Assembly: GCA_051047955.1 (NCBI GenBank)
Contig: JBPGPT010000011.1
Coordinates: 372,001-436,000 of the forward strand
From: Cystobasidiomycetes sp. EMM_F5
Taxonomy: Eukaryota
DNA: 64,000 bases
Direction: 5' to 3'
Below the pieces are notes generated by a model. It was not told the DNA's origin, ran no database searches, and saw nothing but the letters and a program-made list of their open reading frames with translations. Shown piece after piece: positions 46,233 through 60,203 of the stretch. How positions within the stretch are numbered: position 1 is the first letter of the stretch; the number at the start of each line of letters is the position of its first letter. The translations under genes were made by a program, and so were the position numbers.

Positions 46233-47133
46233 ATGGAGGTGGACAATTTCGGGGCAAGTGATATCCTCTTTATAGTGCTTCTGTCGCTCTTCGGTATTCT
46301 CGAAGATTGGTGTTAATGGCCTTTTTACGTACAAACTTATAGATGATGTGGTTTAGGCTCATCCCCTGCTTGGATATAATGCGGTGTTATCAGATAGACA
46401 GAATAGTCGTTAATGAATCTTAGGGGTCTATGAGCGATAGTCTGCGGGCTTTTCGACTTCATCTGCCAGTATAAGATGCTGCCGTCCGTCCGGACTCCAA
46501 GAGCACACCCCCCGACCAACACACAGCACTGCGCTGATGTCGAATAGAGCGTAGCTACAGTCCGTCGCCTTTCATTTTGTCCTTGCAAATGTCCTTGATC
46601 TCGAGGCCAAAGGAAGCCTTGATTGAGAATGCAAAGTTGGGGGATTTTGCTTGAAATAACGGGGACAGACGCGCAACTTATGAGCAGCAAAGGCGACAGT
46701 ATGCAATGCTGAGAGCTGCAACATAATCGATGCCCGCACAGCAAACACCAGCCTGGTGCTCAGCATAAACCCCCGGCAGCCGCAACGCCAGGACCAGCAA
46801 TCACTACCGAGGCCGTCGCAGTCTGAGCGCAGAAACGCAACTGGGCAATCGCAGTCCAGCAGAGTCCGCGCAGAATACCATTAGGGCGTATAGGGCATTC
46901 ACTATCAACACTGGCCATTACGGTCCAGGTCGCAGCATTGCAGCTCGAGAAAGAGGGCCAAAAGGCACGTCCAGACGGGCACCTCCGACGAGCAAAGACT
47001 TGGGCCTTTCCAGCCAACAAAACACGGTATACGTGCTGCACTTTCGACAAGTACTCGCACTGGTGTATCTGCGTCGGTCATTGCATCCAGTCGCGCTTCC
47101 TGCAAGCCGCGAATCTCTCGATAATCCGCCAGC

Positions 47134-50100
47134 ATGCCGCTCATCAAGCGGAAACCCGTAACGATGGTACCCCCACCGCGCGGGCTGTCGAATGGGACCC
47201 TCCCAGCAGATACGCCCGTCTTCCTCCTCAAGGCGACAGGCGAGATCTTTGTCAATTACGCGTGAGTCTGCTTTTAGCCACCGCTGTCCAACCCAGTTTC
47301 CCACCAGTCTCCGGGTCCCCTACTCGAGCCACGATTTTACCCAGACAAGACATCGGGCGGACCACTATCGGCAGACTACCTCCTCCAAGATGCTCCCTCG
47401 CACTCCCTCGGCTTCTTCAGTGCTGACTATGTCTCTTGTTGACCTTGTTCTCCTTGCCGTTCTAATCCGACTTTTTGTGACGCGCCGAATGCTTCAACAA
47501 AATCCAGAGATTACGCCGACCGCATGACGTTCTACCTTCAAAAGACATTCGTATGCGAATACTCGGGCAAATCAGGACTCGACTACTTTGAAGCTCTCGA
47601 CCACGAGTACGAGGAAAGCCAAAAGACCCAGGAAAAGTTTCCAGACGTAATCAAGCCAAAAGTGCTACGAGCTTGCCAATATCGTAAGCTATATAAACAT
47701 GACTACTTCTATCTCTTTAATACTCGTTCGCTGACTATACTGCTCGTTTGCGTCGTCTCTCGTAGAGGTCGAAGGTCGTCAGGATAAGCTTGGTGACGCT
47801 GCATACGACCGCTTCCACGACCGCTTCTTTCTTGGGGAGAAGGTCATTGTACACAATATTCCAAATTCCTTCAACGAGTCACAAGCTCAGTAGGCTCATC
47901 ATCTCATTATGCATACACCGCTCGTCTGACGCATACATTGCCTCTTTCATCTCAGATATTACGGCATCATCACAGAAGTACAACCGCCTCTACGCGTAGT
48001 CAATCTGGCCATGGCTGCTCTCAAGATCCGTGTATCGGAGGCGGGGCGTGATCCTCTTTCCCTGCCTAAACAGTATGGCGTCGGGGACGCAACGAACGGC
48101 TTCTGGCCTCATCGTCGTAACGTAGAGGTGGACGCCTTCGCTCACTGTATTGGTTCCAGGATAGAGATCGACAAGGCTGAAGCGGACCGACAGGATCCAC
48201 CTTCGCAGTACATCTACACTGTCCGACTGATGGAAAATACGCGGTTTCAAGGCACAGAAGTCCGAGTCTTCAGCACGAGCTTGACCAGAGACCGGCAAAC
48301 ATGGAATAAAAATCTGATTCGACGGTATATAAAGGAATCGATGGCGAGAGATCCGGCCGTAGGTTCGCCCTGGCTCGTCAAGCATAAGCTCGCGAGGTTG
48401 TACAAGATTCCCATGGAGCAGCCGGAGGAAATGCGTCGCAAGAGCGCGGTCGTTAGAGACGAGCTGCTCAGAAAGCGAGCCAAAGGATTCGTGTCGAAAC
48501 GCGAATCAGATGGGGACCTACTTCTTCCCAAAGCGAAGCGCATGAAGTGTGAGTTTGCCAATACTGTCCCTGTGTCTTTTGTCTCGCCTATAACACATAA
48601 TGGTTGAACGCAGCGGAATCATCCCCGTCATTTGGCATCGACACAATGCCAGGCATGCCACAAATGAAGATCGATACAGCCGTCTCGACTATACCGCTCC
48701 GAAAGCACACGAAGTACCCAATGGAAGATCTCGACCTTGACGCTCGTACCATCTTGGATGGAAGGATACTCCGAAGCAAACATAGCGAACTACCACCCTT
48801 ACCTGTTCGCCCTCTGCCACAGAAAAGTCTACCTGTGCCTCAAGAACACTTTGAGCGAGTTCTCCTGTGCTATAATCTGCTCAATTCATTCGGGTAAGTC
48901 AACGTCGCCAACATCACATCTCGCTTTAAAGCTGAGAAGATAATTTGCCAGCGACGCTCTTCACCTTTCCGCTTTCACTCTTGATGACTTTGTCAACGCA
49001 CTGATGCACTCGACTTTGGAACCGCGCTGTGTCCTGCTCGGGGAGATACACTCTGTCTTGTCGTGTAACATTGCTGCCGAGAACTTTCGCGTACCTGGGA
49101 CAACTACTGCCAATATGGAGAACATGCCGCAACTGCTCGCCTCGTACGTTGACGAAGATGGCATGTCTGTCGAAGAGCGTGAGAAGTGGGTACGAAAAGC
49201 TCTCGACTATTCGAGAGGCTGGGATCGGAAAGCCCGACCGAGAGCTGCAGATGGCAGAAAAGGTTGGGAATGGCATCTATGCGGCGTTCTCACCCAGCGT
49301 GGTGGTCTTGAAACGATGGCAACGCTTCCTACTGTGTTCAGGCATATCTTCACAGCCGAAGCTGGCTCCGGTGACGAGGATGAACAATCTGAAGAAGGCA
49401 GCGCCGACGAGACCAAAGTCAGCAAGCGCGACACATCAGTCGATGATATTACAAAGAAGGAGGAAGTAGATACGGCAAATACTGAGACAAATGACGTGCA
49501 TCCAGTAAAGAAGGAAGATGAGCCTCAGATCAAAGACGAACACGAAGATGATACGAAGATAAATGCGCCAACAAATGGCAAGAGTCTTGACAGACGAACG
49601 TGGCGTGAAGTCAAGAATCCGCCTACGGAGGAGAGATATCTCACGTTAGATCTTTCGCTCAAACTGGACGTTCTTATCGGATTATGCGAGATGAACCTCT
49701 TGACCAAAGCATTCCGTACATATCTCGATGAATGCGAAACTCGCTTGACCGATGAGCGCAAGGAACGCGCCGACATCAATAGGGAGCGAAAAGAGCTGCT
49801 CGCCGAGAAGGCTGCTTTGAATTCAGCCAAGAAGCCCAAACAAGATGCCAACGGTGCGGTCGGCATCTCTCTTCCAGCCAACGGGGCGCAAGCGAGCGAA
49901 CCAGCTTCTGCTGCGGCGACACCGCTGCTCAATGCTGCGCGAGCTGTCGACGATGACATGACCTCGCTATCTATCGCACCGTCTGAACGCGAAGAGTCTG
50001 CCGATATCATGCCGTCGTCGAGACAGCCGTCCTCGTCACCCTTACCGGATCTGGAGGACAAGGAGGAAGGAAACGACGATAGCGGGACCAAAGATGGCAT

Positions 50101-51061
50101 GGATCTCGACGAGGACGATGAATTGCAAGCCGGCCGCCAATCTTCCGCGGTTGCGGATCAGGAAGTTGCCAGCGACGTCGATGAATTGGAATCGTCTGCT
50201 GATGAAGCCCCTATTCCGCCCGTCCGGGAGGTGAAGAAGTCGACACCTCGTGGCAAGAAAGCTGTCGCTCCCAAGGCACCTGTTGACAGACGTGTCGAGC
50301 TAGAGGAAGAGCTGGAGCTGAACGCCCAGAAGGAAGACTTGTTTGATCGCGACTGGAGAAGATTTAGGGAGGTCGCGCGGATACGACCGCTAGGATATGA
50401 TCGATTTTACCAGAGGGTGGGTCGAGCATAACATAGCGCATGCATTTCCTAAGTATCTTATTTACAGTACTGGTGGTTCGACGGCGTAGGATCACGTCAT
50501 CTTATCGCGTTGGATGGTAGCATCACCTACCAGACGGGCCGACTCTACGTCCAAGGACCATCAAAGGAGGACTGGGCTAGAGCATGTACCGACGTGGGTA
50601 GTGGGGAGATGGGGCTCGTTATTCGAAGGCAAAGAGAAGAAGGTCATGCCGTCGGTCTTGGAGTCGATGAGTGGGGATACTACGAGACGGAAGAAGAGGT
50701 GGGTCCACCTGAACACCGTCAATGCCGGGACCTAATAGTCGCACCGACAGCTGGAAGAGCTTTTACTATGGTTGAACAACAAGGGCAATCGTGAGAACAT
50801 GCTGCAAAAAGCCCTCATCAAGTGGAAAGACTACATCGTAGGCGGGTTCAAGAAGCGTCAAAGTGTGAGCTTGAAGAGACGAATCTTCGGCTGAACCGTC
50901 CTAAAGTTGTCTCTTGTCAGGATCTTTCGCAGTCTGAAGACCCTGCCAATGGTGGTCTGCCTTCAACACGCCGAACACGCGGGACCAAGGGTGGGACTTC
51001 ATCAGAACAGCCTCCCGCTCTGCACTATCTGGGGTACGAAAATACACTCGCTCAGAGGTAG
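47134..51061 (+). CDS. ITC1: ISWI complex subunit ITC1/ACF1 (WAC, DDT and WHIM domains)
   Basis: MPLIKRKPV...VFLLKATGEIFVNY/..RMTFYLQKTFVCEYSGKSGLDYFEAL (WAC), KYPMEDLDL, DDT-like LLCYNLLNSFG..LSAFTLDDFVNAL, RIRPLGYDRFYQR/YWWFDG, WGYYETEEE. Confidence 0.9.
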
Positions 51062-51346
51062 AGTGGTAGCGCTGTCTTTCGTCGTCGAGTATCAGTACGT
51101 GCCTCTGTGTCGACCAACGTCGTTGCACAATCGTTATCAGTCAACGTCTGTTGTTGCCACCCGAGATAGACAGGCAGAAGCCGCATTGGAAAGCAAGTCG
51201 CGCTGTTTGCTACTCGGAACACAATACTCGCAGTTATACTGATATCTTTGTTACGAAGCTGTTGTTCTTTGCGTCAGTCGGACTTGTCACCGGGTCCCTT
51301 CCGCCTGCTTGCTTCTTGACCTACTTCACTCCGGATCCAGCGGAGC

Positions 51347-54090
51347 ATGAGACGTACTGCAATACCTGTTCAGCAAGGTCGACAAGGGCAACTGCAGCAG
51401 GCTCAGGCCGGTCTTCTCAAATCATCGCTCGACGTGAGTTGTTTTCGAGGTTTGAAGGTGGAATTGGCTGATGCAATGCTCTACAACGATACCGCTCGTC
51501 TTTCGTTGATCCTCCGCGCCTGCCTCTATTGCTCTACAATGCCTTCTGCATTCCGTTCAATCGCCGCTCACTACGCGCACGTCAAATTGCTGTTCATAAT
51601 CACAGATAGTCTGGTCATACTCTCGCTCTCAGGCATTCTTTGGAAGCAATCTACCATCCTCACCGAGCTTCGTACAGCGGTATCATCGTTTCGGCGCAGT
51701 AGACGAAAGCGATACAGAGGAGGAAGCCCGCGAGCAGAACAATGGAAATAATAGAGGCGCAGCCGACACGACAACCGAGGATGATGAAGACGAGGAGTAC
51801 GACGAGGACGAAGACGAAGGGGACGAAGAAGAATGGGTGACTGGGCTAGATTCCGGCGGAGGATCAGGGGAACCGCTGCCTTGGAATGCATCAACATCGC
51901 AACAAGCTAGAGCTGGCAAGGGACGGCGGCGTTCCAGCACGAGACAACGTCACAAAGTGATGCCGATGCTGCGAAGCACCGCGGTCGATAATAGACTTCC
52001 TCCAGATACATCGCTTCCGGCAACTCTGCCTGGCTTCGCACAGCGGGACAGCGCGGCGTCATCTGTTCCAGTCACTCCACCCAGTATGGACGACGAACAG
52101 GCTCTCGTCACGCCTCCACCACTGAGCGAACGTACGCCACTCCTCCATAAACAGCTAGGACTTGAAATTCTGGACGTGCCAAACCCAGATACCCGTTTAT
52201 ACGCATCATCTCCGCCTGATCAAGTGCCGTTTCCTCGTCGCTCTACGCAGCTGAAAGGCGGCCGGCGCAAGTCTAGTAACGCTCGTCGATTGTCTGTCAA
52301 CGTTGCTCGACAAGGCTTGTCCACTTCTGGACAAACGTTGTTCAACGCCATAAATGTTTTGGTTGGTGTGGGCATTCTGGCTGAGCGTATGTCGATTAAC
52401 GTATCCTGCACTTTCGAATCTGCTGATTTTGGTTGCGTCCCCAGCTCTCGCCTTTTCACAAGCTGGCTGGGTGTTGGGCGTCACCCTTCTCTTGTTTTAC
52501 AGCGCACTCACCAATTATACTGCGAAAATACTTGCTCGTGCTTTAAGAGACGATGCAAGACTCATGACATATGCCGATATTGGTGCCAAGGCATTCGGTG
52601 GAAGAGCTCGCACTTTTATCAATCTGCTGTTCTGCCTGGAAATATCGGCTCTTTGGTATGCAGCCATTGCCAAGATACGCAAACGACTGACTGACAGTGT
52701 AAATCGTTATAGTGTTGCGTTGCTTATTTTACTCGGTGACTCGTTGTCGATTCTCCTTCCGCTACCACCGAATGCCTTCAAACTTATCGGCTTTGCGATG
52801 TGAGTTTGTATGCGCATTACATCCCTTTCTCTGCGGATGACTGAGCCATTGTCCTTCTGTAGAATCTTCCCCACTTTGTTCCTACCATTGAGATATCTGT
52901 CTATAGCCAGTCTCATTGGGTGAGTTCGTCAAGATTCAGCTTGCCAAACTCAGCTAAACTTTCCTGTGGTACAGCATTACATCCGTCGTAACGCTAACCA
53001 TCACTGTATTCATCGATGGATGCCTCGCACACACTACGCCTGGCAGTCTTCGTCACCCAATGCCAACGAGTATTGGGCCGAACTGGCGCGAACTGCCGCT
53101 AGCTTTTGGCCTAATAATGAGCGGTGTAAGCTAATCTGCAATGGCCTGTGTGCTTCAGCTTCAGCTAATAGTAGTCATACGGCAGTTTGGAGGACATGCT
53201 GTGTTCCCGTCGCTTGCTCGGGATATCCGAGACCCGAAAGATTTCAACCGCGTGTGCGATCTCGCATTCCTAATTTCAACTGCATTTTACCTATTTATGG
53301 GGACAATCGGCTATCTAATGTAATTAATGCTCTTTCGCGCGGCAATGCGCTTGTGGGGCTGATGCAGTCTTGATTCCTAAACAGGTTTGGCAATACCGTT
53401 ACGGACGAGGTTACAAGAAATGTTTTGCGCACTCCCGGGCTGCCGAGAGTGCTCAACATTATCGCGGTATGCATGGTTGCTGTTACGCCTGTCTGTAAAT
53501 ATTCGATCTCATCTACGTAAGTATACGAAGCTGTCACAAGCTTCACGCGGCTAAATTGGCGCTGCGAATCCAGACCACTTGAAAGTACAATCTCCTGGTT
53601 ATTGGGAGTTGAGGAGCCATCTTCGCGCCTCTTGGTCAATAGCGGGTCCAGCATCAAGAGCAGCGAGGAGAGTGCTGTGCCCGGCTCTGGCTCGTACTTC
53701 AGCTCCGGTCATGACCGCTCAGGCTCAACCGCCCGTGCCGTGCAAAGTAGTTCAGAGCCGAACCGCTCGTCTATCATTCAGCCTCTCGCAGACATCAAGC
53801 CTCAGAAGAAGGTTGTCGTTCGTCAGATCGTCAAGGTCATAACGTCTGTCTCAATCCTCGGAATCGCCATCTTCGTTCCATCGTTCGATAGAGTGATGGG
53901 TCTGCTGGGGGCCTTCTCCGTGTTCCTAATATGCGCCATCGGTCCGCTTGCAGCCAACCTTGCGCTGCATCGACGATACATGAGTCGTCTCAATATCTGC
54001 AGTGACGTCGTTCTCCTCCTGGTCTCGGTCGCTATGGCTGTCTCTGGCACAGTTGCAGTGTTTCTCCCTAAACAAAGTCAAGCAGTATAA
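51347..54090 (+). CDS. AVT1: Vacuolar amino acid transporter of the AVT1 (AAAP/SLC32-38) family
   Basis: ERTPLL dileucine motif, STSGQTLFNAINVLVGVGILA, FSQAGWVLG, LMTYADIG, FGGHAVFPSLARD, PSFDRVMGLLGA; start codon uncertain. Confidence 0.85.
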
Positions 54091-54287
54091 ATGCCAGCCT
54101 TGCAAGCACTGTAGTCCCGTGTTTGTCACGAACAGCATGTAGCTCTAGTTTCAGCATCTTGTTCGCAACGATTGAAAGGGTTTCCAGTGGCGATGTGCAG
54201 CACTTTACGAACGGGTTCGCCCAACGGCAAGCCTCCGACCAATGCTTTGCATTTCTGCCCAAGATATTGCTCGTATAATGCAAAGTC

Positions 54288-56644
54288 ATGGCTCTGCAGC
54301 GTCCGCCAGTCCATCCATACGTCCGGCAGCGGCAGAATGCTGGCCCTCCCAGCCAAAACTCACATCACCAGTCAAAACATGCAACACAATCCCCTGTAGC
54401 TGATGCTGACAGCAGTTATAATACCCATATCAGTACGAAGGATTTGCGGGACAGTCTGCTGCGAGCGGATCCATTCGAAACACGGAGTGTATCGGAGCCT
54501 GTTCTATCTACGGCGCACTTGGGTGTCCCCACACTAGACTTACCTAGCGACGATGACCGCCGTATTTCGGATCCCTATGCGTCCGACGATGGCCGCTCAT
54601 CTCCTGGCTATTTGGTTCACTCGAACAACGTGTCCGACGACGAGCATGACGACGACGAGCATGATTTTGACGATCAAGACAGCCAGGATGCGTCGCCGTT
54701 GATAACAAAACATTCATCTACCTGGAGCGATCGTCTGCCTGGTTCAGCGTACACCTCGCATTATCAACGGCTGTACAAATCGGCTCTAGAAGAACTACAG
54801 AACCTGGAACTAGTGAGTGGTAGGCCCGTTGCCATCATTCCCTCACGGTCTGAACATTCTCGTGCAGCACGAGTTCATTGAGAGAGCCAGCAAAAATCTA
54901 AACGAAGTTCAGTTTGAGACTGTGCATCGCAGCTCCACCTACCCCGAATATTTTGGCAAACCAGATATTCTCACTTACTGCGAAGAGGTGGATCCCTCTC
55001 TGATGAACTCCCAAAGGCTTGTAATTGACGTCTGATATTCTTCATACAGTGGCTTTGTGCTTTTGCGGACCACAAATTGCCGAAAGACCTGGTCTCTACA
55101 GAAAAGCCAAGCAAGCTATCCCTGACGCGGTCGCGGATCGCAATCGAGCGAATCTACGTGTTGCTACCTCCCGAAACACTTGATCGCCTCTTCTCCGGCG
55201 AGCTTGCGGCGCTTTACAGATGGAAGAATCCACTCAAGACTGGGAAACTCGCGTTGGTAAGCAGCATACTTTACCGCATCAATAGCGACATGTTGATACG
55301 GAAGTGGCAGTTCACTTTAGCACTGTGGTACTATGACCAGTTGCCTGCCTCTTTCTTTGCGTTCATAGTGTATCAAACGATGAAGCGAAAGCTATATCCT
55401 CCTTCTCCTGCGGAAGTCCGCCGTCAATTAGCGAATCGCAAGGCTAGATCTAAGGAGGCAGAAGATCTAGGCAGTGATTTCTACGCGCAAGGGCAGGTGT
55501 CGCAGCTGTCAAAGTCAATCGCTGCGTCCGCAGGTATAGCTGCAATGATGGGCGGCTTGGCTGTAAATCCTGCGCCCAATGACGCGCTGTTAGCGCCGGA
55601 CGACGCAAGCTCTGGATTTCGCTTCGGACGCAAGAAGAGGCATCGTGGGAAATATGGCATGTATAAGCTATCTCGAGAAGTTATTGATCGCTTCGGTCCG
55701 TCGATGCAGATGGTTCTGCTCGACTTGGCAGACTTCTGTGAAAAGGTCAAAAAGTCAGTCACGAAAATGCGTCTTGCCGGAAAGCGCTAAATTTCATTAC
55801 AGCTTGCTACTATGGAGACGACCGAAGGCCACCAAGCAAAGCCTTGTCCTCATATCCGCATGGTGCATCTATGTTTCGGTATTGTCCGGCCATCTGCAGC
55901 TCAAGTTATTACTGCTGTGGGCATGGGCTCAGTTCTTCTTCGTTTGGGCTTGTCAAGAAAGGTATCCTCGATACCGTAGGGCTATGAATCCACTTTGGTA
56001 CGTTCAACTCGCGCGTATTGGAATAAACTGATCAATAGAACAGGTGGTTACTGTGGAATGTTCCCAATGACGTGGACTCTGCGCTCGAGATCTTACAGGA
56101 ACGAGCTCAGACGAGTGAAATGAGTAGTTCCCATGCCGCATCGTCGCTCTTGTCCCCGGAACGGCCATCGCATTCAAGGCGGAGATCAGTAAGATTCATT
56201 CCGATCGACACGAGGCGAGAGCCAGGATCCTGACGTGTTTCAAAGTCCAGTGTTCTTTCTATTGCAAGTCTATCTGGAGTATCTTCTGATGACGTGCTTG
56301 CAGAGCATTTTGCTGTGTACCGCGGGATCCCGGGTCGTCTGCGCTTTACCGCGAATGAACTTGCATTTAACGCGGCCAAAGGATTCCGAACGCTGTCTTC
56401 TAAGCTATTAAAGAGAAAAGCTGGCGGTCCCAGCCCTCCTGAGAAGTCTGCAGTGCTGTTCAAAGCAGCTATGTCGGAAATTTCTGCTCTTAAGAAGGTT
56501 TCGGGGATCGATATAGGCGTTTTCGATAATCAAGGCTTGCTTATCTCATTCGTCGACGGTCGAAACATACACCTGGGAGCTGTCATGCGCAGAAATGAAG
56601 CATTTGCTTTTCTGCTAGCAAGGTCGGGTTTGCCGCCGCTGTGA
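54288..56644 (+). CDS. Conserved fungal membrane protein with central TM region (DUF3292/Pex24-like) and C-terminal PH/GRAM-like domain
   Basis: LYRWKNPLKT, DLADFCEKVK/..LLLWRRPKAT, hydrophobic helices, YPRYRR, VPND, FAVYRGIPGRLRFTANELAF...VMRRNEAFAFLL. Confidence 0.6.
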
Positions 56645-57059
56645 CCGCTAAACCACGTGATCGAGAATGGTCAACTCTTTGAATCAGGACCTAAAGCGCT
56701 CTTCGAACGCAAGAAACTCGTATCAGGCGATTCTCTGCAGAAGGTCTCATGTTCCTATGCATCCTCAACTCCTGAAGAGCTTGCTAACAACGCTCGGAGC
56801 GCGCTGAAGCTGGTCGGATGTTCACGGATCAACTAGATGTTGACCCAAGCATTGATCGAACAAATGACCGGCTCTCAGGGGTAACAAGAAGCACCGAAGT
56901 CTGGAGAAAGATGTCGCTTCTTGCCTCTGCACGGCAGGTTCTGCGATTCTTTGAAAGAATCTAACCTCTCTCAGGCACAGGTGCCGACTAAGTGGCTGCA
57001 GGATCAGCTCAGCGACAGACTCCGCTCGATAGCGCTGGGGAAACGCCAAATCCGCGAAC

Positions 57060-58163
57060 ATGCATACTATACTCCTTCAGGCATCTATTCTTGCTGCGAT
57101 CTTGGGCTCGGCTAGTTCCACCCCTCTTCCGCTCCGGCAGCGCGAAGTAACAAATCAAATCGCGGAGAACAGTCGCTCTCGCCCGGTTTCCAAGAGGCAG
57201 AACATAGTACGGGGTGCGGTGTCTACGGTGACAGTCAATCCTGTGACACGGAGTGTTACTAATACGCAAGTGGTGCTAGTCACTGCCACAACGGTTGCAA
57301 CAACGGTCAAGCAAATAACATTCACACAGTATGGGACAGCAGCAACAGGCCAAGCTGCGTCTTCATCATCTCGTTCTCGCTTGATGTTCACTCCCAAATA
57401 TCCCGCAACATCTACGTCACCGTCGTCTCCGCAGTCTCAATCTACAACACCAGTCCCGCAATTCACCGCGAATACTCCTACATCTACATCGCTGACTCAG
57501 CCGACGTGGAGTACTTCTCAGCAATATACCTGGTCGCCGTCTTCCAGTTGGTCGGCTCCGGCGTCTTCGTACCTCCCAACAACGACTAGCTCGTCCGGTT
57601 TGGCGATACCTACGGACGTACAAACCGTATTCTATCCAACTCGACTTACATGTGAGCCGCGAAACGAGGAGGCTCGACGACTTGATCGCTGAGTACAGTG
57701 TATTTGCAGGGTATCAACCCGGTCTAGGTGCTTGCGGAATGTGGAATGACCAATAGTACGTTGCATACATCGGAATGCCTTCATCCGGTTGAGCTGACTG
57801 TAATCATCATCCAGCGATCTTATTGTGGCTGTCTCGCAAACGCTGTTCGATAGTTATCCCGGAGCCAACTATTACGATCCATACAACAACGGAGCATGCA
57901 ATCGGCAGATAATGATAACGTACAACGGAGTCTCCGTTGTGGCATTTGTAGAAGATTCATGTCCTGGATGTGGAATATGGGATCTGGGTGAGTCCTTTCA
58001 GGTGAAGGCGGTTTTGACGTTGCTGAAATTTGCGGCATGTGCAGATTTGAGCCCTGCCGTCTTCCAAGCCTTGACACCGTCACTAGATACTGGTGTCTTG
58101 ACTGGTGCTACTTGGCAGTGGACGAATTACGTGGGAGCTGGATCCAGACGGCGGCGATCGTGA
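57060..58163 (+). CDS. Secreted RlpA-like double-psi beta-barrel (expansin/loosenin-like) protein with Ser/Thr linker
   Basis: Signal peptide, KR propeptide site, S/T-rich linker, PGLGACG, VAVSQTLFD, CNRQIMITYNG, VEDSCPGC, DLSPAVFQAL, TWQW. Confidence 0.88.
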
Positions 58164-58322
58164 GACAGCTACGATGGACGATCAGTATCAGCAGTGCCCA
58201 ACATTCAGTGTATAGAATAACATAGGGATAGGATATTACGACAATGACGGACTCTGTTGCTTTCTCAATCTAATGTATGCTAGACAACTGCACTTAGCTT
58301 ACAATTTCATCTACATTGGAAT

Positions 58323-59732
58323 CTACGGCGCGAGACTGCCGGCGCCGATTGTGCCTTCCAACTCCTTCTGTGCGCCATCCATGCGGTGCTCATCGAAGGT
58401 GTCGCCGCGCTTCGGCTTATCGTTTTTCGGCAGGTGCGCAATCTCGTCGTGCAGAAATGCTTGTACGTGCTTCCAGTAATCAGGCGCTACGCAAGTGTCG
58501 TTGTGCGTACCAAACTCGAACTGATGCAGAGTCTTACGACGGCTGGTACACAATTCGTGCAAATGCAAGAATTGAGATGGCGGCACGATTTCGTCCATGG
58601 AGCCGCTCAAGAAAAGGGCGGGCATATCAGTCGGAATTTTCGCGACATCTTTGTACGATTCCCTGTGTGATGAATTAGCATCATGTCTTCAGCGTGTAGT
58701 TACAGGTAGCCCGCGTACCATCGGTCTTTCAGCAAGCCCAACCATATATACGGCGATGCTATCGGCATAGCTGCCAGTGCGACCGATGTCTGCAGCAGTA
58801 CTTAGGCGATTCATTGATTCCAAGATTGCGGCTTACCAGACTCATGAAAGTGTTTTCCAGTATTAATCCGTTTACGCGTTCCGGGTTGGACGCTGCAAGA
58901 TTGATGGCAACCGCTCCGCCTAAGCTTTGCCCGTATAAAACAACTTTTGTATCCTCAAGCAACGGATGTGACCTGATGTAATCAAGCGCTAATGAAGCGT
59001 CCCCCTTGATTCCCTTTTCTGACGGAGCTCCTTCTGATAACCCATACCTGCACAAGCAATCTAAGTCAGCTGGGCGGCGCAGCGGAAATTGTAAGCTAAC
59101 CCGCGATAAGAGAGCATAAACACGTTGCATTTGAGACGGTCATAGAATATGCGTGCAAAGGGCAGCCGATGACCCTTTTTAGCATACAAGCTTCAGAAAC
59201 GAGCAACAAACGTTTGGTGACATTGGCCTCACCATGTTACCAGCATTTGCGTGAAGGAACAAGATTGTTGGCCGTTTCTTGGCTTCTACTGCGCACGCCT
59301 CTTTCCCTTGACTGGCGCCCTGAAGCATGAGGAAAGCACGTATCTTCAGCTTGTCTGGCGTTTCGAGGGTGAGATCCTCGTAAACAGAGATGCCATGCTT
59401 GTCTGGCGTTGGCACGTCTGTCCTGCTACCGCTAGGAGCGTAAGCCGGGTATATGAGATACGATTGACCGCTATACGATATTTTTGGATTCAAACGAAAG
59501 GTATCAATGTCATGACGAGACCTGAGAAGCAAGCCTCCACATACAAGTATCTGCGACTCGAACATCAGCTGGGGCCACAAACAGAGTTACATCGATGCTG
59601 CACTTACAGCGCCGTGCCCAGCGTTACGAAAGCGCCGGCAGCAAGTTTAGCAACTAGAGGTGCGCTGGGCAGTGTCCTCGTAAACGTCGACCATATCATC
59701 AACCTGAAGCGATCCGGGTCAAAGTTCTCCAT
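58323..59732 (-). CDS. BEM46: BEM46/ABHD13 alpha/beta hydrolase
   Basis: QSYLIYPA, TILFLHANAGNM, YGLSEGAPSEKG, LYGQSLGGAV (nucleophile), LILENTFMS, LFLSGSMDEIVPP, GTHNDT. Confidence 0.92.
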
Positions 59733-60203
59733 TGTCTTGCGGGTGTACGTATGCCCTGCTCGATGTTGGCAAGGATCTGATAAGCACTAATGGTCGTGTA
59801 GCCAGCGGACACGCGGAACTGCTGAAAAAGCACATGTGTCCTGTGAGAGCGACCTAGCTGATCCATTGAGTCTGCGGCTACATACACGCTGTCACGGCTA
59901 AGCAAATATGATACATGAATCTGCAGTCCTTGACGTGATCTGCTTTTAACGGATAGCCTCGTGAAAACGCTACGAATGGAGGATCATCGTGCGCTCTTTG
60001 AGATCATTGAGAGAGGGAGAGCACAAAGAGTACTTTGCACGCTGCTAGCTGAGATTCTGCATCGGTATGCTTTCTTCGGTGTGTGTACTCCGTGTATCGG
60101 AACGTCCTCGTGTTTCCAAACGCTGTTGCTGGGTATCGAAATTGACGGCCACTTCGTCAACGTCGTCGGCAGAGAACAGCGTCTCTCCCTCTCTCGCGAA
60201 TTC